Positions 9,970 through 20,174 of a stretch of DNA of 64,000 bases are shown here, one piece after another. The DNA comes from Candidatus Ryanbacteria bacterium CG10_big_fil_rev_8_21_14_0_10_43_42 (GTDB lineage: Bacteria > Patescibacteriota > Minisyncoccia > Ryanbacterales > 2-02-FULL-48-12), in NCBI GenBank assembly GCA_002793915.1, contig PFEF01000010.1, forward strand, positions 60,011 to 124,010, read 5' to 3'. A model generated the notes under the pieces. The model was not told where the DNA came from and ran no database searches. It worked only from the letters and a program-made list of their open reading frames with translations. The position numbers and the translations under genes were made by a program. The first letter of the stretch is position 1. Each line of letters starts with the position of its first letter.

Positions 9970-10731
9970 ATGCTTAAAAAATACGGCATCAGTGCTTTTG
10001 TTATTGTTTTTTTTCTTCTCACTGCCATAGGAGGTTTTTTGAAGCCGGTGGAGACAGGCGCTCTGCGTGTGGTACGTCCGTTGCTTATAGTGTTAGACAA
10101 GACAGGACAATTTGCAGGATCTTTTACAAGTACGATAGCGCGCATTCCTTATAATAGCGAAGAAGTACGTGTATTGCGTATGGAGGTTGCCGCTCTGCGT
10201 GCGGATCTTGCCTATAAAGAGGATTTGGAACGGGAAAATATCCTTCTTCGTTCTATGGCCGGAAGAGGAGCGGAAGAAGAATCCTATGTGTTGGCGCGCG
10301 TTATAGGGCGTTCGTTCAACGGACTGGATGATTCTATCGTTTTGGATATCGGATCGGCGGAAGGAATTGAGACAGGGTTTCCGGTTTTGGCGGAGGGAGC
10401 AATACATATCGGATTTGTGGAGGAGGTGACGCATAATAGTGCGCGCGTCCGTCTTTTTTCGCGTATCGGTGAAAGACAGGAGGTGTATCTTCCCGAATCT
10501 TCGGTGTCTTCAGTTGCCGAGGGAGAGGGGTTGGGGGTAATTACTCTTCATGTTCCGGACAGTATTGCCATTACAAAAGGAGAGCCGGTGTTTAGTGCCG
10601 GACAACGCGATTATTTTTTAGGATTTGTGGAGGCAGTGTCACGCGTGGAATCAGGCCCTTTTCAAATTATAAAAATGGGATTGCCTTTTTCCGTTCGAGA
10701 CGTGCGAGATGTGTTTGTGATCCTTAATTAA
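9970..10731 (+). CDS. mreC: Rod-shape-determining protein MreC
   Basis: N-terminal TM segment, a coiled-coil, a beta-rich C-terminal domain, and its position between mreB and mreD. Confidence 0.7.
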   Translation: MLKKYGISAFVIVFFLLTAIGGFLKPVETGALRVVRPLLIVLDKTGQFAGSFTSTIARIPYNSEEVRVLRMEVAALRADLAYKEDLERENILLRSMAGRGAEEESYVLARVIGRSFNGLDDSIVLDIGSAEGIETGFPVLAEGAIHIGFVEEVTHNSARVRLFSRIGERQEVYLPESSVSSVAEGEGLGVITLHVPDSIAITKGEPVFSAGQRDYFLGFVEAVSRVESGPFQIIKMGLPFSVRDVRDVFVILN

Positions 10732-10751
10732 TTATTCGTCGTTTTATTTTC

Positions 10752-11240
10752 ATGAAACATAGACCGTCGGTATCAGTATTCTTTTTTATTGTTGCAGGAT
10801 TTTTTCTACAGCTTATTGCTCCGTACATTATTCCTATGGGGCAAGGAGGTATATTCTTTTTTCCGGCCTTCTTATTCTACGGATTATCACGCGTTAAAGG
10901 TGTTTATCCTATGATACTTGCAGTACTATTTGGGAGCATGCTTGATGTGATAAGCGCGGTACCTTTCGGATTTTATGCGGGTAGTTTTTTTGTGGGCGCG
11001 GGTATAATGGGTATTGCGGGAATATATATACGTATGGAAGAGGGGTGGATACGATTTTTATTTGCTCTTATAGGGTTGACGGTCAGTGCGGGTGCGGCAC
11101 TTTTGTTACGTCTTCCGCAAGTGGATGCGCACGTTGTTTCCGTAAGCGGTTTCGAATTACTGTGGCAAGGATGTGGGGTAAGTATACTTGCGATAGCGGG
11201 GGGCGTGTTTACCCGTATACAAAAAAACAGGATGTATTAA
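10752..11240 (+). CDS. mreD: Rod-shape-determining protein MreD (polytopic membrane protein)
   Basis: About five hydrophobic helices; position between mreC and PBP2. Confidence 0.5.
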   Translation: MKHRPSVSVFFFIVAGFFLQLIAPYIIPMGQGGIFFFPAFLFYGLSRVKGVYPMILAVLFGSMLDVISAVPFGFYAGSFFVGAGIMGIAGIYIRMEEGWIRFLFALIGLTVSAGAALLLRLPQVDAHVVSVSGFELLWQGCGVSILAIAGGVFTRIQKNRMY

Positions 11241-11253
11241 TAAGATATCCAAA

Positions 11254-13215
11254 ATGAACACTCCATTTTTAAAAACACCAATACGAAAACAGTTCACCGT
11301 GAGTCCGGAGGAAGTATTTCTTGATACTCAAAATCTACCGGGGTTTGATAATAATCGCTTTGAAGGCACAATAGAGCACCCCATTCGACACGGATTGTTT
11401 ATTATTCTCGGTATATTATTTGGTGCAGTGGGAATATTGCTTATTGCCCGTACCGGATACCTTACTCTTTTTAATGGTAATGCATTTGCAGTCGTATCGG
11501 ATCGGAATCATTTACGTCATCGTATATTGGTTCCTGAAAGAGGCATTATATATGATCGTAATTTAACGCCCATTGCGTTTAATGTGCCTGGATTTCGTGT
11601 TTATATTCATATGGATGGCCGAACAATTACGGAAGAGGATATGCTAGTGCAGGAAATAGCAAAAGCGGTAGGGAGCAATACAGACGAGCTGACACATTTT
11701 ATAAACGACCATAGCAAAAAGGACCTTTTTATTGATACGATCTATGACTGGGATACAGCGAATCATATCATTGCGCTATTCCGGGATGATGACCGCGTTA
11801 CGGTTGATGCTACAACCATTCGTTCTTATTATGACAGTCCGGCACTTTCCCATATCGTGGGTTATATGGGGCGTGTCAATACTAGCGACATTGAGAAAAA
11901 CGAAACAGCTTTGGATTGGGGGGTAATAGGGCGATCAGGGCTTGAAAAAACATATGATGGCATGTTGCGGGGAACGCTGGGAACGCGCATTATCGAGACA
12001 AATTCCGAGGGGCGAGTGTTATCGGAAGGTATTTTTCAAAAAGCGGAGGAGGGAAAAAGTATCGTACTTACCATTTCCGCAGAACTGCAAAATATATTAT
12101 ATGAGACGATAAAAGAAACGGTGGAAGAACGGGGGTTTACCGGAGGATCCGCCGTAGCGCTTGATGTTCATACGGGAGAGATTCTTGGTCTTGTCAGTTA
12201 TCCGGGGTTCGATATGAATCTTCTTACGAAGGGTATTGATGTCGAAGCAATAGCCGCTTTATTTGAAAGCGAAAGAAATCCGCTCTTTAACAGGACGGTT
12301 TCCGGCTTATATCCGCCGGCATCAACGGTAAAGCCATTTCTTGCCATGGCGGCTATTGAAGAACATATTATTCGTCCGGAAGATAGTATTGTAACGGAGG
12401 GACAGCTCGTTGTTCCTAATCCGTATGATCCGGATAACCCCAGTATTTTTAAGGATTGGCGTAATCACGGCGCTATTGCCATGAGAGAGGCCATTGCTTT
12501 TTCATCAAATGTTTATTTCTATGTCGTTGGAGGTGGGTTCGGAAACATTGAAGGATTGGGACGCGAAAGAATTGCGCAGTATTTTCGTTTGTTTGGTATC
12601 GGAACAAAGACGAATACGGGATTACCGGGGGAAACGGAGGGTATTATTCCTGATGAGGCCTGGAAGAAAGAACGATATCCCAGTGATCCTACATGGCGTT
12701 TGGGGGATACATATAATATGAGTATCGGACAGGGAGGTGTTTTAGTGACGCCTCTTCAGATGGCGCGCGCCGTAACTACCATTGCACGGGGAGGCACGAG
12801 CATAGAGCCGCAATTATTGCGCGGTATTATAACGGATAAAGAAACAAAAACCGTTAAGTATACGCTTTCGCCAGACATTAATACTGTTCCGTTGGTAAGT
12901 GAGGAGGCGGTTAGAGTGGCGCACGAGGGAATGGAAGAATCTGCCCGAATTGGGACAGCAAGCGGTTTGAGCGGGATTCCCATTACGGTGGCGGGAAAAA
13001 CCGGTACCGCCGAGTTGGGAAAAACCGGACGTGTGCATTCATGGTTTATGGGATTTGCGCCGGCTGATAATCCCGACATGGTGCTTGTTATTAATTTGGA
13101 AAATGGATCCGATAAAAATCTTATTGGCGGTACGTTTGTAGCACGTGAGATATGGGAATGGTATGCTACGGGAGGCAAGGAAGTTATACACGGAGGTACG
13201 GATGCGATTGATTGA
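11254..13215 (+). CDS. mrdA: Penicillin-binding protein 2 (elongasome transpeptidase)
   Basis: SxxK (ASTVK), SxN (SSN) and KTG (GKTGTA) motifs, an N-terminal TM anchor, and its position after mreD. Confidence 0.8.
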   Translation: MNTPFLKTPIRKQFTVSPEEVFLDTQNLPGFDNNRFEGTIEHPIRHGLFIILGILFGAVGILLIARTGYLTLFNGNAFAVVSDRNHLRHRILVPERGIIYDRNLTPIAFNVPGFRVYIHMDGRTITEEDMLVQEIAKAVGSNTDELTHFINDHSKKDLFIDTIYDWDTANHIIALFRDDDRVTVDATTIRSYYDSPALSHIVGYMGRVNTSDIEKNETALDWGVIGRSGLEKTYDGMLRGTLGTRIIETNSEGRVLSEGIFQKAEEGKSIVLTISAELQNILYETIKETVEERGFTGGSAVALDVHTGEILGLVSYPGFDMNLLTKGIDVEAIAALFESERNPLFNRTVSGLYPPASTVKPFLAMAAIEEHIIRPEDSIVTEGQLVVPNPYDPDNPSIFKDWRNHGAIAMREAIAFSSNVYFYVVGGGFGNIEGLGRERIAQYFRLFGIGTKTNTGLPGETEGIIPDEAWKKERYPSDPTWRLGDTYNMSIGQGGVLVTPLQMARAVTTIARGGTSIEPQLLRGIITDKETKTVKYTLSPDINTVPLVSEEAVRVAHEGMEESARIGTASGLSGIPITVAGKTGTAELGKTGRVHSWFMGFAPADNPDMVLVINLENGSDKNLIGGTFVAREIWEWYATGGKEVIHGGTDAID

Positions 13216-13240
13216 CAATTACGCAAAAAGTAGCTAGTAT
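13212..13240 (+). promoter_or_regulatory. Sigma-70-type promoter for greA, overlapping the mrdA stop codon
   Basis: TTGACA, a 17-nt spacer, then TAGTAT. Confidence 0.45.
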
Positions 13241-13333
13241 TGCAATCTATATTGGATTAAAATTTTTAGTATGACAATAAAATCCTCATCTGAGGATAGT
13301 GCGCGTGATAATGGTTCCATTGAAGTGGAGCAT

Positions 13334-13789
13334 ATGAGCAAGGAAGGATATGCAAAGATTGAAAAGGAGCTTGCGCGTCTTAAAACGGAAGAACGTCTCC
13401 ATATTGCGGAGCGTCTTGAGTATGCAAAAAGTCTGGGTGATCTTTCTGAAAATGCCGAATTTGATGCCGCCAAGGAAGAGCAAATGCTTAACGAAATGCG
13501 TATTCGCGAACTGGAAGATTTATTAAGTCGCGCTACGGTTGTAGAAAAACCGCTTAGTCAAACGAAGGTTGAGATCGGATCTTGTATAATCGTTCAGGTC
13601 AGTAATAATGGTGTAACAAAAGAAACATACACCATTGTAGGTTCCTCCGAGGAAGCCGATCCGTTGGCGGGTCTTATTTCCAACGAATCTCCTTTGGGAC
13701 ATGCATTCATGGGAAAGAAAAAGGGAGAGGTTGTACGCGTGGCGGCTCCGAAAGGAGACATTGAATATGTTATCATTGAAATAGCATAG
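13334..13789 (+). CDS. greA: Transcription elongation factor GreA
   Basis: Starts MSKEGYAKIEKEL. Acidic coiled-coil N-domain (DLSENAEFD) and an FKBP-like C-domain. Confidence 0.8.
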   Translation: MSKEGYAKIEKELARLKTEERLHIAERLEYAKSLGDLSENAEFDAAKEEQMLNEMRIRELEDLLSRATVVEKPLSQTKVEIGSCIIVQVSNNGVTKETYTIVGSSEEADPLAGLISNESPLGHAFMGKKKGEVVRVAAPKGDIEYVIIEIA

Positions 13790-13851
13790 AAAAAGAATTT
13801 ATCATATTGCTTTTCAAGCTTTGAGCGTTTACTACTTTATATCTATTAAGG

Positions 13852-15306
13852 ATGTCATTAGAAGAAATTCGCACTACACGGCTCGATAAACTCGATAAGA
13901 TTCGAAAAGCGGGTTTTAATCCATACCCCGCTCGCACAAAACGCACCCACACTCTTACGGAAATAGGTGGACAGTTTGATGTTCTTATGGATGAAATGGT
14001 ACCGGTTACGGTTGCCGGACGCGTGCGCGCGGTGCGCGGTCATGGCGGCAGTACTTTTGTTGATATAGAGGACGGTACGGAGCATCTTCAGCTTTATATG
14101 AAGAAAGATACGCTGAAAGATGCGTATGATTTTTTTCTCGATGTGGGAGATGAGGGAGATATTATTGAGGCTGTGGGTACTGTATTTCTAACAAAAAAAG
14201 AGGAACGCACATTGCAAGTTACGGCATGGCGTATGCTCGCAAAAAGTATCCTGCCCTTGCCGGAAAAGTGGCACGGCCTTCAAGACATCGAAGAACGGTT
14301 TCGTAAACGCTATTTGGATATTATGTTTAATGAAGATGTGCGCGTGATGATTCAAAATCGTGCACGGTTTTGGCATGCCATGAGGCGTTTTATGGTGGAG
14401 GAGGGGTTTTTGGAAGTGGAAACGCCCGTACTTGAAAATACGGCAGGAGGCGCCGATGCCGATCCGTTTGCTACACACCACAACGCTCTTGATATGGATG
14501 TATATTTGCGTATTTCATGCGGGGAACTGTGGCAAAAACGTCTTATGGTGGCTGGGTTTCCAAAGGTATTCGAAATAGGCCGCATATTCCGCAATGAAGG
14601 CATGTCGGCAGAACATTTACAGGACTATACGCAGATGGAATTTTATTGGGCTTATGCTGATTATGAAGACGGCATGCGGTTTGTGGAGCGGTTGTATAAA
14701 TATATCGCGAAGGACGTTTTTGGTACGTTAGAGTTTACGATAGGAGATTTTACTATTGATCTGGACGTACCATGGGAACGATATGATTATCAGGCAATAA
14801 TACGGCATGAAACGGGCATTGATGTTTTGAACACGAATACGGAAGAAATAGAAAAAAAGATACGTGAGCTTGGTATTGTATATAATAAAGGAGGGATGAA
14901 TATTGCACGCGGCGTGGATACGCTTTGGAAATACTGTCGCAAGCGCGTGAGTGGTCCGGGATTTCTTATAAATGTGCCGGTGTTTTTAGAACCGCTTGCA
15001 AAACGGAAGGAGGGTGCTGAAAATCTGGTAGAGCGGTTTCAGGTGATTCTTGCCGGATCGGAAATGGGAAAAGGATACAGTGAGCTTAACGATCCCATTG
15101 ATCAACGGGAACGGTTTGAAGAACAACAACGGATGCGGGATGAGGGGGATGCGGAAGCACATATGGCGGATTATGATTTTGTAGAGGCGCTGGAATATGG
15201 CATGCCGCCTACATGCGGATTTGGTGTAAGCGAGCGTTTATTTAGCTTTCTTTCGAATAAATCGGTCCGAGAAACACAGATTTTTCCTCTTATGCGGCCA
15301 AAATAG
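13852..15306 (+). CDS. lysS: Lysyl-tRNA synthetase, class II
   Basis: OB-fold N-terminal domain, class II motifs (FRNEG, GGADA, GFGVSERL). Confidence 0.85.
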   Translation: MSLEEIRTTRLDKLDKIRKAGFNPYPARTKRTHTLTEIGGQFDVLMDEMVPVTVAGRVRAVRGHGGSTFVDIEDGTEHLQLYMKKDTLKDAYDFFLDVGDEGDIIEAVGTVFLTKKEERTLQVTAWRMLAKSILPLPEKWHGLQDIEERFRKRYLDIMFNEDVRVMIQNRARFWHAMRRFMVEEGFLEVETPVLENTAGGADADPFATHHNALDMDVYLRISCGELWQKRLMVAGFPKVFEIGRIFRNEGMSAEHLQDYTQMEFYWAYADYEDGMRFVERLYKYIAKDVFGTLEFTIGDFTIDLDVPWERYDYQAIIRHETGIDVLNTNTEEIEKKIRELGIVYNKGGMNIARGVDTLWKYCRKRVSGPGFLINVPVFLEPLAKRKEGAENLVERFQVILAGSEMGKGYSELNDPIDQRERFEEQQRMRDEGDAEAHMADYDFVEALEYGMPPTCGFGVSERLFSFLSNKSVRETQIFPLMRPK

Positions 15307-15480
15307 GTCCGCGTATTATATATAGACAAAGGGTGATGTGTTGGGGTATACTGCGCTAAGATTATACGGATCTTGTACGTAGTCTTTTTTGTTGGTGCAT
15401 TGAAAATATGGTCGGATGTTTTGTTTCGGAAACATACTTCTTTCGGTGCGTTGATATTGCTCATTTTTAAGGGGGTGCCT

Positions 15481-16236
15481 ATGTCTTGCAAAGAAGGGGA
15501 TGAGAAAAAACCTATTAATCCGGCAGATTTCTTTTATTTGGTGAATGAGATAGCGAAAGGAATGCATAGGAACTTGCCGCGGCACGCTGTTTCCATAGAC
15601 GACCTTATTCAGAGCGGCATGGTCGGATTAATGGAGTGCGTGAAAAAATATAAGCCATCACAGGCTTCGTTTCAAAAGTACGCACGGTATAGAATCAGGG
15701 GAGAAATAGTAGAATATCTTCGTACTCTTGATATAGCGACGCGCTTCGTACGTAGGGCGCAGAGGGACTATAAGGAAACTCTTACTCGTTTAATAGATGA
15801 GCTAGGTGAAGAGCCGACACAAGAAGAGCATGCAGACGCATTAAATTTCACCATAGAAGAGTTTCATAGGATGAGAAGCCGCATACATGTTGAGGTAAGG
15901 AGTATTGAGGACGAAATGAATGAGAATAGATATCCTTTCGCTCTTTCCAATTCTCATTGTCCGGAATCTCTGTGCGAAAAAGCCGAGTTGCAATTTCTTA
16001 TAAAAGAGATACTTTCCACATTACCGGAAAACGACCAGCGCGTTCTTGCATATTCGTATACTGATGAGCTTACGTTAGCGGAAATTGGAAGAGAGTTGGA
16101 TCTTTCGGAAGGTAGAATATGTCAAATAAGGACAAAAGCCTTGAAGGATATTCGCATGCGTATAGATAATCCTGTAAAGCTTGGTTATAGCGCGCGGCGT
16201 AACCAAAAACTACAGGATGAAAAAAAGAAGTCATAG
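15481..16236 (+). CDS. Sigma-70 family RNA polymerase sigma factor, group 3 (FliA/WhiG/SigB-like)
   Basis: Region 2 (DLIQSGMVGLMECVKKY...YARYRIRGEI) and a region 4 HTH (LTLAEIGRELDLSEGRICQIRTKALKDIR). Start set at the MSCKEG ATG preceded by an AAGGGGG RBS; the longer ORF-track start is rejected. Confidence 0.7.
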   Translation: MSCKEGDEKKPINPADFFYLVNEIAKGMHRNLPRHAVSIDDLIQSGMVGLMECVKKYKPSQASFQKYARYRIRGEIVEYLRTLDIATRFVRRAQRDYKETLTRLIDELGEEPTQEEHADALNFTIEEFHRMRSRIHVEVRSIEDEMNENRYPFALSNSHCPESLCEKAELQFLIKEILSTLPENDQRVLAYSYTDELTLAEIGRELDLSEGRICQIRTKALKDIRMRIDNPVKLGYSARRNQKLQDEKKKS

Positions 16237-16405
16237 GAGCAATTGCATATGACGAAGGTATTCCAAGGGAAACTTTGAAATACTTAAAATCGTTGAATAT
16301 GCTTATGCGTGTTATTTCTGCGCACGGAAGATATGAAATACGCAGATGCTTTCCCGACAACCGGAAGTCGTTATAAAAACATAAGAATACTCATGCAATT
16401 TCCAA

Positions 16406-16435
16406 GCCCTTTAGTACTTTACTGAAGGGTTTTTA
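16406..16435 (+). terminator. Rho-independent terminator about 170 nt downstream of the sigma factor gene
   Basis: ccctt-(tagtactttactg)-aaggg hairpin followed by TTTTTAT. Confidence 0.45.
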
Positions 16436-16580
16436 TATGATCACTTTCTTAATAATGAGTTCCACGGATGCCAATACTGTGGAAAACATGTACATAACTT
16501 TTTATATACCAAGATGTAAAGACAAAAAAATGGCTTAAGGTAAGGATTTTTCGTTTTGTGGAATAATAATTTGTATATAG

Positions 16581-16609
16581 TGTTGTTTCATAGCACAGAG
16601 TGGTATAGT
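16581..16609 (+). promoter_or_regulatory. Extended -10 promoter upstream of mraZ
   Basis: TGgTATAGT extended -10 element about 40 nt upstream of the mraZ start. Confidence 0.4.
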
Positions 16610-16648
16610 ATATATATTAGGTGGAAAAAAGTGGGATAAAAATAATAT

Positions 16649-17083
16649 ATGTTCCTCGGAGAATATAATCATACGATTGATGCAAAAAAACGGCTTTCCG
16701 TTCCGGCAAAGTTTCGGCGGGAGTTGGGGAAAAAGGCGGTACTTACGCGAGGACTTGATCAATCATTATTTTTGTATCCAATGAATACCTGGGAGATGAT
16801 ATCTCGCAAATTAAATGAGTTACCCACCGGACAAGCGAGTACGCGCGGGTTTGTGCGCTTAATGCTTGCCGGCGCGGAGGAAGTGACTATTGATGCACTC
16901 GGGCGTATTCTGGTCCCGGAACATTTAAAGTTATATGCCGGCATACAGCAGTCAGTGGTTGTAACGGGCGTGCATTCACGGCTTGAAATATGGGATGAGG
17001 AAGTCTGGTATGCATACAAGCAGAAGGTGGAAAAAGATGCCGATGCGCTTGCGGAACAGTTGGGGGAGATCGGGGCATTCTAA
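16649..17083 (+). CDS. mraZ: Division/cell wall cluster transcriptional regulator MraZ
   Basis: Duplicated DxxxR motifs (FLGEYNHTIDAKKRLSVP and GRILVP); first gene of the dcw cluster. Confidence 0.85.
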   Translation: MFLGEYNHTIDAKKRLSVPAKFRRELGKKAVLTRGLDQSLFLYPMNTWEMISRKLNELPTGQASTRGFVRLMLAGAEEVTIDALGRILVPEHLKLYAGIQQSVVVTGVHSRLEIWDEEVWYAYKQKVEKDADALAEQLGEIGAF

Positions 17084-17139
17084 GAATATAAATTGCGTAT
17101 GGCTCCGATTGATTTATAGCATTAGGTTGTGAAGACGAA

Positions 17140-18081
17140 ATGAAAAATACGCAAGCGAAATTATCTCCTCCTGTAAATAATGCCTTGTCATCTTCCGTGC
17201 ATGTGCCGATACTGTTGGAGGAAGTAATTACGTGTTTAAACATACAGCCGGGAGACACGGTTATAGACGGTACGATAAACGGAGGAGGACACGCACTTCG
17301 CATATTGGAAGAAATAGGAGAAACCGGCATGCTTATCGGTATTGATCGTGACGGTGGGATAATAAAAAATACCGATGCCTTATTTCGGGAAAAGGGATAT
17401 AAAAATTATTTATTGGTAACGGGATCATATGCGGATGTAGTACCTATTACAAACGATCATGCAATAAAAAACACGGATGCCATATTGCTTGATCTTGGTT
17501 TCAGTTCATATCATGTGGACATGTCGGGGCGGGGATTTTCTTTTCTGCGCGATGAGCCGCTGGATATGCGCTATAGCGAGAGCGATACTATAACGGCGGC
17601 AGACATTCTTAATGAATGGGCGGAGGGGGATATAGAGCATATTCTTACGGCATATGGAGAGGAACGCTTTGCAAAACGTATTGCGCATGCCGTTATAAAA
17701 CGGCGAAAGGAACAGCGTTTTTCCCGCACGGAAGATGTTGTCGATGTTGTACGCCGTAATGTGCCAACCTGGTACCGGCACAGAAAGATTCACTTTGCAA
17801 CAAAAACATTTCAGGCACTGCGCATTGCCGTAAACGATGAGTTGGAGCATGTGGCGAAAGGGCTTACTGAAAGTATTAGTATATTAAAGCCAGGAGGACG
17901 GCTTGTTGTACTGGCTTTTCACTCGCAGGAAGATCGCATAGTAAAACAAACATTTCGGAAATATGCCAAAGAGGAAATTATCACATTGCCCCATAAAAAA
18001 CCAATAATGCCGGCACGAAAAGAAATATATATAAATCCGCGTGCGCGTTCCGCCAAAATGCGTGTGTGTGAAAAAATATGA
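17140..18081 (+). CDS. rsmH: 16S rRNA (cytosine1402-N4)-methyltransferase RsmH/MraW
   Basis: SAM-binding DGTINGGGH motif; follows mraZ. Confidence 0.85.
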   Translation: MKNTQAKLSPPVNNALSSSVHVPILLEEVITCLNIQPGDTVIDGTINGGGHALRILEEIGETGMLIGIDRDGGIIKNTDALFREKGYKNYLLVTGSYADVVPITNDHAIKNTDAILLDLGFSSYHVDMSGRGFSFLRDEPLDMRYSESDTITAADILNEWAEGDIEHILTAYGEERFAKRIAHAVIKRRKEQRFSRTEDVVDVVRRNVPTWYRHRKIHFATKTFQALRIAVNDELEHVAKGLTESISILKPGGRLVVLAFHSQEDRIVKQTFRKYAKEEIITLPHKKPIMPARKEIYINPRARSAKMRVCEKI

Positions 18082-18401
18082 AAACACGTACAATAAAATT
18101 TTCCATAACGCACCTTCCTATTTGGAACATAGTTCCATTTCTTCTTTTTGCCGCGGCTGTTGTTCTTGCGGGCGTATATATATACGGCATTAATCAAGTT
18201 GTCGTCGATTCTCTTTTTGTGGAAAGAGCAAATGAGCAAATGGCGGTTTTAGAAGAGGAGATTCGGGAATTGGAGGGAGACCTTGCTCAGCTTTCCGTGG
18301 GATATCGCTTGGAAGAGGAGGCATCACAACTTGGGCTTACCAGTGAGGGTCCTGTTTACTTTCTTGAGAAGAATAATGCGGTTGCACGCGCAGATAATTA
18401 A
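18078..18401 (+). CDS. ftsL: FtsL-like small bitopic division protein
   Basis: Single TM helix plus a coiled-coil. ATGA overlap with rsmH; position before ftsI. Confidence 0.5.
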   Translation: MKTRTIKFSITHLPIWNIVPFLLFAAAVVLAGVYIYGINQVVVDSLFVERANEQMAVLEEEIRELEGDLAQLSVGYRLEEEASQLGLTSEGPVYFLEKNNAVARADN

Positions 18402-18470
18402 CTGTTTTTATAGCGATATACCGTTATGTACTAAACGATATGTGCTGTTGAGTATAGGTGTTAGGAGATC

Positions 18471-20171
18471 ATGAGTGATAAACGACTTACTTTTGTCATA
18501 GTGGGTGTTGGTATTGTGTCGGGAATTATTCTCTCCCGGCTCTTTTTTCTTCAAGTAACCCATGCAGAGTATTATCGTGCAAAAGCCGAGCGGCAACATG
18601 CCGTATCTATACTTACCACTCCTCGCCGCGGTGATATATTTTTTGAAGACAAGGAAGGGCGCCTTGTGCCGGCGGCGTCTACAAAACGTGTGTATACACT
18701 GGCGGGTAATCCACAGCAAATAGAAGATGTTCGTTCGGCATATGACACATTTGTTGCATACATTCCTTTGGAGGAAGATGCATTCTTTCCGCTTGCTGAA
18801 AGTATGGAACGCACTTATGCGTCATTTATGAGGGGTATTGATAAAGACACGGCGCAACGTATTCCCATGAGTGACATGAAAGGGTTCTGGCTTGAAGAAG
18901 AAGAAACACGCGCATATCCAAGTCATACATTAGGGAGTCATTTGCTTGGATTTGTAGGATTTGACGGTGATGAGCGCGTGGGGCAGTATGGCATTGAACG
19001 CATGTACGACAGTGTTTTGCACGGAAAGGGGGGAAGTGTTGTCGGAGAGCGCTCTGCCGGAGGAACGCTTCTTTCCATAGGAAGGGATTTGTTTCGAGAA
19101 AAACAAGACGGACGGGATATCGTACTTACCATAGATCCCAACATACAATCTTTTGCGGCAGGGCAAATTACGGCATTGGAAGAAATGTGGCATCCAAAAA
19201 GTGTCGGCGTTCTTGTTGTTGATCCGCAGACGGGAGCCATTCTCGCTATGGAGGCATCTCCCTCGTTTGATCCAAACACCTACGGAGATGTGGAGGATTA
19301 CAATGTTTTTATAAATCCATTCACGGAAAGCACTTTTGAAATGGGATCGATATTCAAGCCGCTTACCATGAGTATCGGGCTTGATACCCGTTCAATAACG
19401 GAAAAAACAACATATTTCGATGCCGGATCGGTACGTGTTCGGGACGCAACGATTGGTAATTATGACGGGCGCGGGCGCGGATGGCAGAGTATGCTTGATA
19501 TTCTTGACCAGTCGCTTAATACCGGATCGGTATTCATTCAACAGCAAATAGGAGAACGCGCATTTCGGGACTATATAGAACGTCTTGGGTTGGGAAGGCG
19601 AACGGGTATTGATTTGCCAAACGAGGTTGCCGGTAATATACACAATTTGGAAACGGGCGGCGAGGTTGAGTATGCAACGGCATCGTTCGGGCAAGGTATC
19701 GCGCTTACCCCTATAGGAATTACGTCCGCTCTTTCTTCCATTGCAAATGGCGGTACATTAGTGCGGCCGTATATTGTGGATCGTGTTTTGAGCGAAGATA
19801 CGGTAGTGGAAAAGACGGAAACAGATACGCGTCGGCGCGTATTTAAAGAAGAAACCACGGAAATGGTATCGCGCATGCTTGTGTCCGTTGTGGATAATAC
19901 GCTTGCAAACGGAGTCGTATACATGCCGGAATATAGCATTGCCGCAAAAACGGGAACCGCTCAAATAGCAAATAGCTCCTCGTTGGGGTATTCCGATGAA
20001 TTTTTACATACTTTTTTTGGATACGCACCGGCATATGATCCGGAATTCCTCATATTTTATTTCCTTGAACGTCCGGTGGGAGTGCGCTATGCTTCGCAAA
20101 CGTTATCAGAGCCTTTTCGGGAAATGACGGACTTTATCATCAATTATTATCAAATTTTACCCGATCGGTAA
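18471..20171 (+). CDS. ftsI: Peptidoglycan D,D-transpeptidase FtsI (PBP3-like)
   Basis: N-terminal TM anchor, SxxK (GSIFK) and KTGTA motifs, in dcw context. Confidence 0.8.
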   Translation: MSDKRLTFVIVGVGIVSGIILSRLFFLQVTHAEYYRAKAERQHAVSILTTPRRGDIFFEDKEGRLVPAASTKRVYTLAGNPQQIEDVRSAYDTFVAYIPLEEDAFFPLAESMERTYASFMRGIDKDTAQRIPMSDMKGFWLEEEETRAYPSHTLGSHLLGFVGFDGDERVGQYGIERMYDSVLHGKGGSVVGERSAGGTLLSIGRDLFREKQDGRDIVLTIDPNIQSFAAGQITALEEMWHPKSVGVLVVDPQTGAILAMEASPSFDPNTYGDVEDYNVFINPFTESTFEMGSIFKPLTMSIGLDTRSITEKTTYFDAGSVRVRDATIGNYDGRGRGWQSMLDILDQSLNTGSVFIQQQIGERAFRDYIERLGLGRRTGIDLPNEVAGNIHNLETGGEVEYATASFGQGIALTPIGITSALSSIANGGTLVRPYIVDRVLSEDTVVEKTETDTRRRVFKEETTEMVSRMLVSVVDNTLANGVVYMPEYSIAAKTGTAQIANSSSLGYSDEFLHTFFGYAPAYDPEFLIFYFLERPVGVRYASQTLSEPFREMTDFIINYYQILPDR

Positions 20172-20174
20172 CAG

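Noticed and set aside
16237-16400. Short ORFs (9 and 26 codons) in the sigma-factor/mraZ spacer as leader peptides
   Set aside because: No RBS and no recognisable attenuator logic. Noted only as part of the long mraZ leader.
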